From assembly GCA_963666565.1 (NCBI GenBank), contig OY762911.1:608001-672000 (forward strand): DNA of 64,000 nucleotides, given 5' to 3'. Below the pieces are notes generated by a model. The model was not told the origin of the DNA. It was given only the letters and a program-made list of their open reading frames with translations, and did no database searches. Positions within the stretch are counted from its first letter, which is position 1; each line of letters begins with the position of its first letter. Of this stretch, positions 43,558 to 54,541 are shown one piece after another. The translations under genes and the position numbers were made by a program. The DNA is from Thermoanaerobaculia bacterium. Its GTDB lineage: Bacteria; Acidobacteriota; Thermoanaerobaculia; Multivoradales; Multivoraceae.

Positions 43558-43674
43558 TCAGTCGCCGTGCTTCTGCGCCCGCTCGCTCTTCAACGCACGC
43601 ACGAGGAAGAACGTGAAGCCGCCCCACACGAAGCCGCCGATCAGAACCAGGACGAGGATGGCGAGCGGCGACAT
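43558..43674 (-). CDS. 38-aa single-TM protein resembling MetS-family NSS transporter small subunits
   Basis: MSPLAILVLVLIGGFVWGGFTFFLVRALKSE (hydrophobic helix with WGG). Confidence 0.55.
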   Translation of the reverse strand: MSPLAILVLVLIGGFVWGGFTFFLVRALKSERAQKHGD

Positions 43675-43718
43675 CGGGTAGAACCTTACGACAAAACCAG
43701 TCGGAGGCGTGCGCGGCG

Positions 43719-44405
43719 CTACCTCCGCCTTCGCTGGGACAGGTTGAAGCTCACGATGATCCGGTCGGCTTCCTTCCCCCTGGCCCTGGATCGATTCGGC
43801 GCCACGCTGTGGTACAGCCAAGCGGGGAAGATCAGCATCCTTCCGGCCCGGGGCCGGTAGCGCACCTTCTTCCAGCAGTCTCGCGGGCGCCTGACGCCGG
43901 GGACGTACTTGACTGACCCCATCAGGTTCTGCGTGCGCGGATCGATGAACTCGATGCGGCCGGAGTTCTTCGGCGCCTGCACGTAGTAGACGCCGCTCCA
44001 GATGCAGCCGGGATGGATATGGGTCCGGTTCATGCCGCCGGGCGGATTGACGATCGACCACATGGTGCCGATGTTCAGCCGATAGGACCGGTGATAGCCG
44101 AGTTCGCGGCACATCATCTCCGCGGCGTTGTCGACGTGCTGGACCAGTCCCGCGAACGCGGGGTCCCGGTGCAGCTTGACGTGGCTGTGCCACCCCCCGA
44201 GCTCCGGGAGGTTCGACCGGCTCACGCCGGTTTCGTCGCGCTCCCGTTCGGCGTAGATCGCTTCGATCAGGCGCGGATTCAGAAGCTCGCTATCCGTGAT
44301 CTCCAGGGAGAAGATGAGCGTCGGAAAGTAGCGGGCGACCTTCAGGAGAGCTTCGGACGAACCGGCCGCCGCGCCGCGGACCGTGGCGTCGCCGTCAGGC
44401 GGCAA
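43719..44405 (-). CDS. Putative 2OG-Fe(II) oxygenase (TIGR02466-like)
   Basis: SN..GGWHS, HIHP..WSGVYYV, IFPAWLYHSV, RIIVSFN. Confidence 0.85.
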   Translation of the reverse strand: MPPDGDATVRGAAAGSSEALLKVARYFPTLIFSLEITDSELLNPRLIEAIYAERERDETGVSRSNLPELGGWHSHVKLHRDPAFAGLVQHVDNAAEMMCRELGYHRSYRLNIGTMWSIVNPPGGMNRTHIHPGCIWSGVYYVQAPKNSGRIEFIDPRTQNLMGSVKYVPGVRRPRDCWKKVRYRPRAGRMLIFPAWLYHSVAPNRSRARGKEADRIIVSFNLSQRRRR

Positions 44406-44431
44406 GTTCCGCCTTCGGCGCCCTGCGCGCC

Positions 44432-45544
44432 CTAGTCGTCATCCTCGTCGTCGTCGTCCTCGTCATCGTCCTCGCCGTCATCGTCCTCGTCCCCTTCGTC
44501 GCCCTCATCCCCTTCGTCGTCCTCGTCGCTCTCGTCGCCTTCGTCCCCCTCGTCGTTCTCATCGTCCTCGTCGCCTTCGTCGTCCTCGTCCCCTTCGTCG
44601 TCCTCGTCGTCCTCGTCGCCCTCGTCGTTCTCGTCGTCCTCGTCGCCCTCGTCGTCCTCGTCACCGTCGTCGTCGTCCTCGTCCCCTTCGTCGCCTTCGT
44701 CGTCCTCGTCCCCTTCGTCGTCCTCGTCGTCCTCGTCGCCTTCGTCGTCCTCGTCGCCCTCGTCGTCCTCGTCGTCCTCGTCGCCCTCGTCGCCCTCGTC
44801 CCCCTCATCGCCTTCGTCGCCCTCGTCGTCCTCGTCCCCTTCATCCCCCTCGTCACCGTCAGCTGCGGAGACGACATCTTCGATGTCCGTGCCGTCGATG
44901 CCCTCAAGGATGCCCTTGCTCAAAGTGCCTTCCGCATCCTCATTCGTGTTGTCGACGCCCTCAAGCTCGCTCTTTCCGGGGAGCGTGGAAGAAGACGTCA
45001 GCCCGGAACCCTCCGAGGCGGACTCGAAGTCGATGTCGAGGTCGATGCGTTCGGGGTCCATGCGTTCGAGATCGTCCAGGTCGAAACCGACGCCGTCGAA
45101 CCGGTCGATCTCACCCGACCGGTTTGCCGGGCGCGGCTCGATGCGCCGGGCATCGCCGCCCATCCGGGCAGCAACCGGGGCTTCGTCAACTCCGGCTCCC
45201 TCGGTGAAGAAGCGCCCCCGCGGCAGGTCGCGGGGGACATCGCGGTCGCCGTCGCCGCCCTCGTCAGCTCCGGCTTCCTCCATCGGGAAACGACCCCGCG
45301 GCAGGGTGCCGGGCACGTCGCCGTCGTCACCCCAGTCGCCGTCGCCGTCGCCGTCGGCGCCCTCGCTCGCGGGCGCTTTCTCAACAACGAACTTGGGCGC
45401 CGTGGGAAGCATCGGATTGCCGTCCTCGCTGCAGCCGGCGGCAACGAAACAGGCGCCGAGAAGCAGGACGAGCATCCTGGCCCAGGTTGACGTGAACACC
45501 CGGCCGGGACCGCTGGCGAAGGGCCTGAGGGTTTCGGATTTCAT
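44432..45544 (-). CDS. Putative lipoprotein with extremely acidic repetitive tail
   Basis: Hydrophobic stretch with AAGC lipobox; C-terminal 142 aa of DEG/DED/DEN triplets. Confidence 0.7.
   Translation of the reverse strand: MKSETLRPFASGPGRVFTSTWARMLVLLLGACFVAAGCSEDGNPMLPTAPKFVVEKAPASEGADGDGDGDWGDDGDVPGTLPRGRFPMEEAGADEGGDGDRDVPRDLPRGRFFTEGAGVDEAPVAARMGGDARRIEPRPANRSGEIDRFDGVGFDLDDLERMDPERIDLDIDFESASEGSGLTSSSTLPGKSELEGVDNTNEDAEGTLSKGILEGIDGTDIEDVVSAADGDEGDEGDEDDEGDEGDEGDEGDEGDEDDEDDEGDEDDEGDEDDEDDEGDEDDEGDEGDEDDDDGDEDDEGDEDDENDEGDEDDEDDEGDEDDEGDEDDENDEGDEGDESDEDDEGDEGDEGDEDDDGEDDDEDDDDEDDD
44435..44860. repeat. 9-bp-unit coding minisatellite (DE[GDNS])n
   Basis: Degenerate repeats such as CCTCGTCGT, CCTCGTCGC and CTTCGTCGT on the + strand. 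Confidence 0.92.
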
Positions 45545-45611
45545 GGGCCGCTCCCACCGTCTTGTCGAGGAAAGGACGTCTAATCTTCCAAGCAGCCTAG
45601 CAGGCGGCTCG

Positions 45612-46760
45612 CTACTCCGAGCACCTGAACGCCTGCGTGTCGCTCCTGGCGAACGCGGTCGCTCCCTGCGCGTTGCCATGCCTCCAGGTCTCGCCGTCCG
45701 GGGCCGTGACGACGAGGTTGAACTCCAGAGTGGTAACGGGCGCTACGAAGACCCAGCGATGACCGTTGTGCTCGCAGCCGTCGAGGACCTTGACCAGCAC
45801 TTCGGCGTTGCCCCGATCGAAGAACCAGAGCAAGCCGGCCTGGCCCGAGGCCCAGATGCCGCTCTTCGCCTGGCCCACCTCGCCGTCTGGGGTGCGGTAG
45901 CACATGCCGACCTCGTAGCCGCCGTCGAACTGGAGCAGCGTCGTCGCCGGCGTGCAGCCGGACGCCGGAGGAGGAGGGGTTGCTTCGTGGTCCACGCTCA
46001 GGCGCAGGAAGTACGCGGTAGCCGCCGTCTCAGCGTTCCATGAGCTCCAGGGGCCTTCCGCCGAGGACCGGTAGCGCCAGAAGTTCTTCGTGCCGCCCGG
46101 TCCGTTGCGATCCTCGGCGAAGCCCTTGCCACCGGAGTTCCGCCACTGCACGCCCAGCCATACGTCGCCGCCATCGAGCCGCTGCACGGTGACGTCGCCG
46201 CGGTTGACCACGCCACAGGTCCCCCGGCCTCTCGCCAAGCCGGAAATGGTGGCCGAGTATGCGGCCAACGGACTGCCGGGCCGCCCACCGGAGTCGCGGT
46301 AGAAGGTCAGAACGAAGGAAACGTCCGCGTTGTCGTCGTCCGGTTCCCGACCGAAACACGCCGTCACCGAAGCGACCGTGCCGGCGTCGGCCAGGCGGAA
46401 CCGCTGCGCGTACTCCTGGTCATGCGCGCCGGTGATGCGAGTGAACGCCTCGGGCGTACCGTCGTCGTACCGGTACTCCGTCGAGGCGGGCGAGGCGATC
46501 CGGCTCGGGTCCGAGGCCGCCGCATCGGCCGGCCACGAGCCGGCCGCGTCAAGCAGGATCGAGTCGAGGGCCACCTTGCGGGCGGCTTCCTGGCCCAGGA
46601 CATCCCCGCCGTAGATCCGGACCGAGGTTCCCGCCAACGGAACGCCTTCCTGCTGAGCCGCGACAGGCGGCGAGCCGGTCAGGGCGATCATCAGCAGAGC
46701 CAACCGAAAGATCGGTCGGCCAGGGCAGTTGCTTCGCTTCCCGTCAACGGAGTTGGACAC
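45612..46760 (-). CDS. Secreted protein with beta-rich central domain and uncharacterised Cys-bounded C-terminal domain
   Basis: Signal peptide; EYRYDDG domain; Pro linker; GLLWFFDRGNAEVLVKVLDGCEHNG. Confidence 0.82.
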   Translation of the reverse strand: MSNSVDGKRSNCPGRPIFRLALLMIALTGSPPVAAQQEGVPLAGTSVRIYGGDVLGQEAARKVALDSILLDAAGSWPADAAASDPSRIASPASTEYRYDDGTPEAFTRITGAHDQEYAQRFRLADAGTVASVTACFGREPDDDNADVSFVLTFYRDSGGRPGSPLAAYSATISGLARGRGTCGVVNRGDVTVQRLDGGDVWLGVQWRNSGGKGFAEDRNGPGGTKNFWRYRSSAEGPWSSWNAETAATAYFLRLSVDHEATPPPPASGCTPATTLLQFDGGYEVGMCYRTPDGEVGQAKSGIWASGQAGLLWFFDRGNAEVLVKVLDGCEHNGHRWVFVAPVTTLEFNLVVTAPDGETWRHGNAQGATAFARSDTQAFRCSE

Positions 46761-47017
46761 GCTGTTTCCTCCTGTCGTTCTCCCTGGACCGCGGTCGCAT
46801 GCGCCGGTCCTTCACCGCCGCCCTGGCGAGAACGACCGCCAGCTCGGCGCCGTTCACTTCGCGCCAAGCCGCCGAAGCGGTTCGTTTCCAGGGCTGGCCG
46901 GTCGGCCGGATTGCGGATCCTGCGGTAATCGATGGTCCGAAAACCGCCGGCAGAGTAGCAGCGCCCGTCGCCGGCGCCAACCGGGCCGACGCCCCAGGAC
47001 TCCCGACAGCCTGCCGG

Positions 47018-47844
47018 TCAGCGCAACGCGCGCAACAACGAGCGGCAGCTCTCCCGGAGTCGGCGGGGATCGAGGGCCGAGACGACCGCCACCGCGTCGG
47101 CGCCGGCCTCGATGACGAGGGGCGCGCGCTCGGCATCGATGCCGCCGATCCCGATCAGCGGCTTCGAGGCGACCTCCCTGGCTTCGGCGACGCCGGCCAG
47201 GTCCACCACCGGGTCCGGGCGTTCCTTCGTCGTCGTTCCGAACACCGGGCCGATCGCCAGGGCGTCGACGGCCGGGTCGGCTTCGGCTTCCGCGGCCTGG
47301 GCCCGGCCGTGGGTCGAGCGGCCGATCCGACAAGCCGGCGGGATCGACAGGCGCGCCACGGCGGGCGGCAGATCGTCCTGGCCGAGATGGAGACCGACGC
47401 GGAGTCCGGCGCGTGGGCCGCTCGCCAGAAGCGCGGCCGCGACCGCCGCGTCGTCGTTGATCCACAGCAGGGGCGCGTCCTCGTCGGCACCGGCTGCCTC
47501 CTCACCGTCGCGGGCGCCAAACGCGTCCTCCTCGCCGCCGGAATCGGACGCTTCCTCGAACACCCTCGCCATCGCCTCGGCCAGCCGCCACAGGGCGAGA
47601 TCCGGCACGCCCTTGGCGCGAAGCTGGATCCAGCGGACGCCGCAGTCGAGCAGGGTGTGGACCGCCCCGGCCACGGCCTCCGGCGCCGAGCCGAACAGGC
47701 CCGTATCGACGATCGCGTAGAGCCGGTTTGCCGGCGGCCTGAGCAACGGCCCTCGCCGCTTCGCCGTCGAAGCGGGCCGGACGTCTTCGCCGCCCGCGGC
47801 CGAGGTCGAATCCGGGTTCGTCGCGCGCCCGCGCCGGCCGTCGC

Positions 47845-47848
<4 letters not shown>
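47018..47848 (-). CDS. thiE: Thiamine phosphate synthase
   Basis: LYAIVD, IQLRAK, IND, HLGQDD, GRSTH, GPVFGTTTK, IGGI. Confidence 0.9.
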
Positions 47849-49197
<1,349 letters not shown>

Positions 49198-49203
49198 GAG
49201 CTG

Positions 49204-49705
<502 letters not shown>

Positions 49706-49719
<14 letters not shown>

Positions 49720-49927
49720 GGTCCGAAACCTCCCGGGCGCGGATTGTAGCCCGCGGCGGAAGCGCTCCCAGGCGTTCGAGCGCTTCGCGCGCCCGCCGGT
49801 TGTCCGGTTCCGCCGAGAGCACCCGCCGGAAGATGGCGATCGCCTCGCTCCGGTGGCCCTGATCCAGGTACAGCTCGCCGATCGTCACCGTCGGCTTCGG
49901 CGAGATCGGGGGCTCCGCGGCGGCCAC
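49706..49927 (-). CDS. Small single-TPR protein (possibly a gene remnant)
   Basis: [31 protein letters not shown]. Confidence 0.5.
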
Positions 49928-49938
49928 GGCCCGGCGGC

Positions 49939-50871
49939 CTACTGGCCCGTGACCTGAACGAACTTCGTCACCTCGTCCGATCCGAGCGAGTTCGTGGCCC
50001 GGAAGGCGACCGCGTAGGTCCCCGGCTCCGCGTAGGTGTGGGTCGGGTTCTGACGCGTGCTCGTGTTGCCGTCGCCGAAGTTCCACAGCCAGCTCGTCGT
50101 GCGGCCGTCCGTCGTGTCCTCGAAGGCGACCAGCAGGTTGCGGGTGCTGAAGGTGAAATCCGCCCGCGGCAGCCGCTGGATGCTGACGCTCACGTTCGTC
50201 GTGACCAGGCTGCCGCCGCCGGTGCCGACGTCGACGCCGACCTCGAAACTGTCGCCCGTCACCGTGTCGAGATCGCCCGGCGTGACGACGAGCCGGTCCG
50301 ACGCGGTACCGTCCGCGCCGGTCGAGATCAGGCCGCCGCCCGAATCGAGCGTGCCGATCTCCGTGCGGAAGTTGACCTCCGCGTTCTCGAGCGGCTGCCC
50401 CCGGTCGTCGCGCACGATCGCCAGCAGGTCCGCCTCGCCGCCCGTCTCGGGCACGCTGTTCGGCGTCGCCTGCACGGTCACCGAGCCGGCCGACAGGCCG
50501 ATCTGCACATCGACCGTCGCCGTCTCCGAACCGCCCGTGTTCGCCGACACCGTGGCGAGGCCGAACTGGCCGTTCCCCTCGAGCATCGCCAGCGCCTCGC
50601 CCCGGTCGTCCACGCCGACGCTGGACGGAATCGTCCCCAGCGTCGTCGTGAGCCGGACCAGGGTGCCCCGGCTGACCGGCGTTCCGTTCGGCCGCAGCGC
50701 CACGACCCGGATCTCCGCGCTCCCGTCCGAAGGGATGCGGTCCGGATTCGCACTGATCGTGATCAGCGTCCCCGACGGGGCCACCGGACTCGTCTTGTCG
50801 CACGCAACGAAGGCCGCCAGCAGCAGGCTGGCAGCCATGGCGGCTAACGTGAATCGGCGCCGAATCTCCAT
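49939..50871 (-). CDS. Lipoprotein with two Ig-like (Big_1-like) domains and a PKD domain
   Basis: FVAC lipobox; PKD motif SWLWNFGDG...NPTHTYAEPGTY. Confidence 0.85.
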   Translation of the reverse strand: MEIRRRFTLAAMAASLLLAAFVACDKTSPVAPSGTLITISANPDRIPSDGSAEIRVVALRPNGTPVSRGTLVRLTTTLGTIPSSVGVDDRGEALAMLEGNGQFGLATVSANTGGSETATVDVQIGLSAGSVTVQATPNSVPETGGEADLLAIVRDDRGQPLENAEVNFRTEIGTLDSGGGLISTGADGTASDRLVVTPGDLDTVTGDSFEVGVDVGTGGGSLVTTNVSVSIQRLPRADFTFSTRNLLVAFEDTTDGRTTSWLWNFGDGNTSTRQNPTHTYAEPGTYAVAFRATNSLGSDEVTKFVQVTGQ

Positions 50872-50989
50872 CTCTCGAATCAGTATACGAACGCTGCCGA
50901 AGAAGCGTCTAGGAACCACTGCCCGCGGGTGCCGCCACCTTGGATGGAGCTGGCCGGATCGGAGCCGGCCTGACGGCCGGCAGGTCTCT

Positions 50990-51087
50990 TCCGCCGCCTT
51001 CGGCGGCAGCGGGTCAGAAGACCCGCGCACCCAGCGGCCGACTTCCGGCCGCCTTCGGCGGCAGCGGGTCAGAAGACCCGCGCACCC
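50990..51087. repeat. Two direct copies of hairpin + REP module
   Basis: GCCGCCTTCGGCGGCAGCGGGTCAGAAGACCCGCGCACCCAG twice (REP cores at 51009 and 51064). Confidence 0.92.
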
Positions 51088-51096
51088 AGTGGGCGC

Positions 51097-53331
51097 CTAC
51101 CCGGTGGCCGAAGCCGACGGCGACGCTCCCTGCCGCCGCTTCACGGCGCGCACCGGCGACAGGTTCTCCAGCGACTCCCGCAGGCGGTTCAGGTGCTTGC
51201 GGTTGCGCACGTCGACGACGACGTCGATCGCCGCCTCGCCGGCGCCGCGGCTGTGGCTCTCGATGTGGCGGATGTTGCTTCCCTGCTTCGCGATCGCCTC
51301 GGTCACCTGCGCCAGCACGCCGGGCCGGTCGCGCGTCTCGATGACCAGGCTGACCGCGAACATCGAGTCGTAGCGGCGCGCCCACTCGACCTGGATCTCG
51401 CGCTCCGGGTGGTACAGCAGGTTGCGGACGTTCGGGCAGTCGATCGAGTGGACCGAAACGCCGCGGCCGCGGGTCACGAAGCCGACGATCTCCTCGCCCG
51501 GCAGCGGGCTGCAGCAGTTCGCGAAGAAGGCCAGCATGTCGTCCTCGCCCTTGACGACCAGCTTCGCCTGATCGCGCGGCATGACCTTGCTCACGGCGCG
51601 CCGCAGGCGGCCGGGCGCCTGGTCGCCGCGGCGCAGCCGCTCCGGCGGCAGCACGGCGCGCAGCACCGGCTTGACCGACCCGCGGCCGAACCCGAGGCGG
51701 CTGAACAGTTCGTCGATGCCGGACCAGCCCTCCGCGGCCACGAAGTCCGCCATCTCCTTCGACTCGAACACCCGCTTCGGGCTGACCCGGTAGCGGCGCA
51801 GCTCGCTGGCGAGCAGCGTCCGGCCGATTTCGATCGCCCGCTTCTTCTGCTCCGCGTTGATCCAGTGCCGGATCTTGCTGCGCGCCTTCGAGGTCGCGAC
51901 GATGCTCAGCCAGTCCCGGCTCGGCTCCCGGTTCGGGTTCGTCGCGATCTCGACGATGTCGCCGTTCTTCAGTTCCGTCCGCAGCGGCATCAGCCGGCCG
52001 TTGACCCGAGCGCCGCTGCAGTGGTGGCCGAGTTCGGTATGGACCCGGTAGGCCAGGTCGAGCGGCGTCGCGCCGCGAGGGAACGAGAGCACGTCGCCCT
52101 TCGGCGTGAACACGTACACCTCGTCCGGGTACAGGTCGATCTTCAGCGCGTCCATGAAGGTGCGCGGATCGGGAGTTTCCTGCTGCCACTCCAGGAGTTG
52201 CCGCAGCCACGCGATGCCGGCGTCGTTCGCGTCCGGGTCGAACTGGCCCTCCTTGTAGCGCCAGTGGGCGGCGACTCCCTCCTCGGCCAGCAGGTCCATG
52301 GCCCGGGTCCGGATCTGGACCTCGAACGGCTGCCCCCCGCGCCCCACCACCGTCGTGTGCAGCGACTGGTAGAGGTTCGGCTTCGGCATCGCGATGTAGT
52401 CCTTGAACCGGCCCGGGATCGGGCGCCAGAGCTGGTGGACGACGCCGAGCGCGGCGTAGGTCTCCTTCAGGTCCTCGGTGATGATCCGGAAGGCCAGGAA
52501 GTCGTACAGCTCCGGGATGTCGATCTGGCGCTCGCGCAGCTTCCGGTAGATCGAGTAGTAGCCCTTCACCCGGTGGCTGATCTCGCCCTCGATGTCCGCC
52601 TTCCCCAACCCCTCGCGCAGCCGCTCGGCCACCCGCTTCATCGTCCGCCGCGCCCCCCGGATCCGCTCGTCGAGCTGCCGGCGGATGTCCTCGTACTGGT
52701 GGGGGTGAAGGTGCCGGAAGGCGAGGTCCTCGAGGGAGTGCTGTATGCGGGACATTCCCAGCCGGTGCGCCAGCGGCGCGTAGATCTCCAGCGTCTCCCG
52801 CGAGATGCGCCGCCGCTTCTCCGCCTCCAGGTGGTCCAGCGTCAGCATGTTGTGGAGCCGGTCGACCAGCTTGACGACGATCACCCGCAGGTCGCGCGCC
52901 GAGGCCAGGATCAGCTTGCGGAAGCTCTCGGCCTGGACCTCGTCGCTGTGGACGTACTCGTGGCGGCCGATCTTCGACACGCCGTCGACGAGGTCGGCTA
53001 TCTCGGCCCCGAACTCGGCCGCCAGGTCCTTCTTCGTCGCGCCGGTGTCCTCCAGCACGTCGTGCAGCAGCCCCACGGCGACGCTGGTCTGGTCGAACTT
53101 CAGTTCGGCCAGCATGTGGGCCACGCCCAGCGGGTGGCTGATGTATGGCTTGCCCGAGCGCCGCGCCTGGCCCCGGTGGGCCAGTTCGGCGAAGTCGTAG
53201 GTGCGGCGCAGCCAGCCCTCGTCGCAAGCGCGCTCGTTCTCCTGGAGGCGGCTCAGAACGTCGGCGATGCCCACGTCCCCGGGCTCGCGCAGCGGCGCCG
53301 GATCCCGAGGTCCTTCAGCAGCCTGAGCCAT
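51097..53331 (-). CDS. relA: Bifunctional (p)ppGpp synthetase/hydrolase (long RSH)
   Basis: HD motif LHDVLEDT, RFKDYIAMPKPNLYQSLHT, TGS, ANCCSP, ACT. Confidence 0.96.
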   Translation of the reverse strand: MAQAAEGPRDPAPLREPGDVGIADVLSRLQENERACDEGWLRRTYDFAELAHRGQARRSGKPYISHPLGVAHMLAELKFDQTSVAVGLLHDVLEDTGATKKDLAAEFGAEIADLVDGVSKIGRHEYVHSDEVQAESFRKLILASARDLRVIVVKLVDRLHNMLTLDHLEAEKRRRISRETLEIYAPLAHRLGMSRIQHSLEDLAFRHLHPHQYEDIRRQLDERIRGARRTMKRVAERLREGLGKADIEGEISHRVKGYYSIYRKLRERQIDIPELYDFLAFRIITEDLKETYAALGVVHQLWRPIPGRFKDYIAMPKPNLYQSLHTTVVGRGGQPFEVQIRTRAMDLLAEEGVAAHWRYKEGQFDPDANDAGIAWLRQLLEWQQETPDPRTFMDALKIDLYPDEVYVFTPKGDVLSFPRGATPLDLAYRVHTELGHHCSGARVNGRLMPLRTELKNGDIVEIATNPNREPSRDWLSIVATSKARSKIRHWINAEQKKRAIEIGRTLLASELRRYRVSPKRVFESKEMADFVAAEGWSGIDELFSRLGFGRGSVKPVLRAVLPPERLRRGDQAPGRLRRAVSKVMPRDQAKLVVKGEDDMLAFFANCCSPLPGEEIVGFVTRGRGVSVHSIDCPNVRNLLYHPEREIQVEWARRYDSMFAVSLVIETRDRPGVLAQVTEAIAKQGSNIRHIESHSRGAGEAAIDVVVDVRNRKHLNRLRESLENLSPVRAVKRRQGASPSASATG

Positions 53332-53352
53332 CGCCTCGTCCTGGTTCCCTCC

Positions 53353-54531
53353 CTACGCGGCGGCCGCCCTCTTCTCGCGCCGCGCCCGGCCGAACGTGGT
53401 CTCCCAGATCAGCACGATCGGGCTCGCGACGTAGATCGACGAGTAGGTGCCGACGAGGACGCCGACCAGCAGCAGGAAGGAGAACCCGCGGATGACGTCG
53501 CCGCCGAGGACGAACAGGCAACCGACCGCGACCAGCGTGGTGCCCGAGGTCAGCGCGGTGCGCGACAGCGTCTGGTTCAGGCTCCGGTTCAGCACGTCGA
53601 CCAGGGCCTCCCGCCGGTTCCGCCGCAGGTTCTCGCGCACCCGGTCGAAGACGACGACCGAGTCGTTGACCGAGTAGCCGATGACGGTCAGGAACGCCGC
53701 CACCGTCGTCAGGTTGAACTCGTAGCCCGCGAAGGCGAACAGGCCCAGGCAGACGGCGACGTCGTGGGCGAGGGCGACCAGGGCGCCGATGCCGAAGCGC
53801 AACTCGAACCGGAACCAGATGTAGGTCAGGATGCCGGCCAGCGAGAAGGCGATCGCCAGCAGGCCCTTGCGCCGCAGTTCGCCGCCGATCTGCGGCAACA
53901 CGCTGTCGCTCGACTGGACCGCGAAGTGGCCGAGGGTCGCCTCTTCCCGGATCGTCGCCAGGGCCGCCGCGCTGAGCGCTTCGCCGGGCTCGATCTCGGA
54001 CAGGTCGCGGATCATCCCTTCGGCCCGGCGCCGGGCCATGACCTCGGCCGCCGCCTCCCGGTAGTGCTCCCGGGCGCCGATGTCGTCGCCCGTCGCCCGC
54101 ATGCCGTCCGGGTCCGCGCCGAGCAGCATCGAGGCGAGCGCCTCGGTGCCCTGCCGGTTCAGGTCGAAGCCGCCGACGTCGCTGTTGTAGCGCCGCTGCA
54201 GCACCTCCTCGACCCGGGAGGCGCTGCTCCGCTCCTCCTCGTCGTCGGCGACCGGCGTCTTCAGGATGATCGAGTTGTCCCCCTCCTCGCCGAACGCCTG
54301 GATCGAGGCGTTCTCGATCCCCGCCTCCTGCAGCAGCCCGCGGAGTTCCTGGACGTCGGGCGGCTCGCCGAACTGCACGATCATCTGGGTGCCGCCGGCG
54401 AAGTCGATCCCCAGGTTCAACTGGCGGCTGAAGATGTAGCCCAGCGAGGCGATCACGACGATCGCGGACAGGGTCAGGCACACGCGCCGCGCGCGCATGA
54501 AATCGAAACTCGTGTTGCGGAAGAACTCCAT
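53353..54531 (-). CDS. secF: Protein translocase subunit SecF
   Basis: GIDFAGGT, HDV, GYSVNDSVVVFDRVRE, GTYSSIYVA. Confidence 0.97.
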   Translation of the reverse strand: MEFFRNTSFDFMRARRVCLTLSAIVVIASLGYIFSRQLNLGIDFAGGTQMIVQFGEPPDVQELRGLLQEAGIENASIQAFGEEGDNSIILKTPVADDEEERSSASRVEEVLQRRYNSDVGGFDLNRQGTEALASMLLGADPDGMRATGDDIGAREHYREAAAEVMARRRAEGMIRDLSEIEPGEALSAAALATIREEATLGHFAVQSSDSVLPQIGGELRRKGLLAIAFSLAGILTYIWFRFELRFGIGALVALAHDVAVCLGLFAFAGYEFNLTTVAAFLTVIGYSVNDSVVVFDRVRENLRRNRREALVDVLNRSLNQTLSRTALTSGTTLVAVGCLFVLGGDVIRGFSFLLLVGVLVGTYSSIYVASPIVLIWETTFGRARREKRAAAA

Positions 54532-54541
54532 CGACGGTCCC

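Noticed and set aside
44383-45207. Arg/Pro-rich ORF (and Thr/Arg-rich 44395-44907) over the minisatellite
   Set aside because: Alternate frames of the acidic repeat; only the D/E frame connects to a lipoprotein signal peptide.
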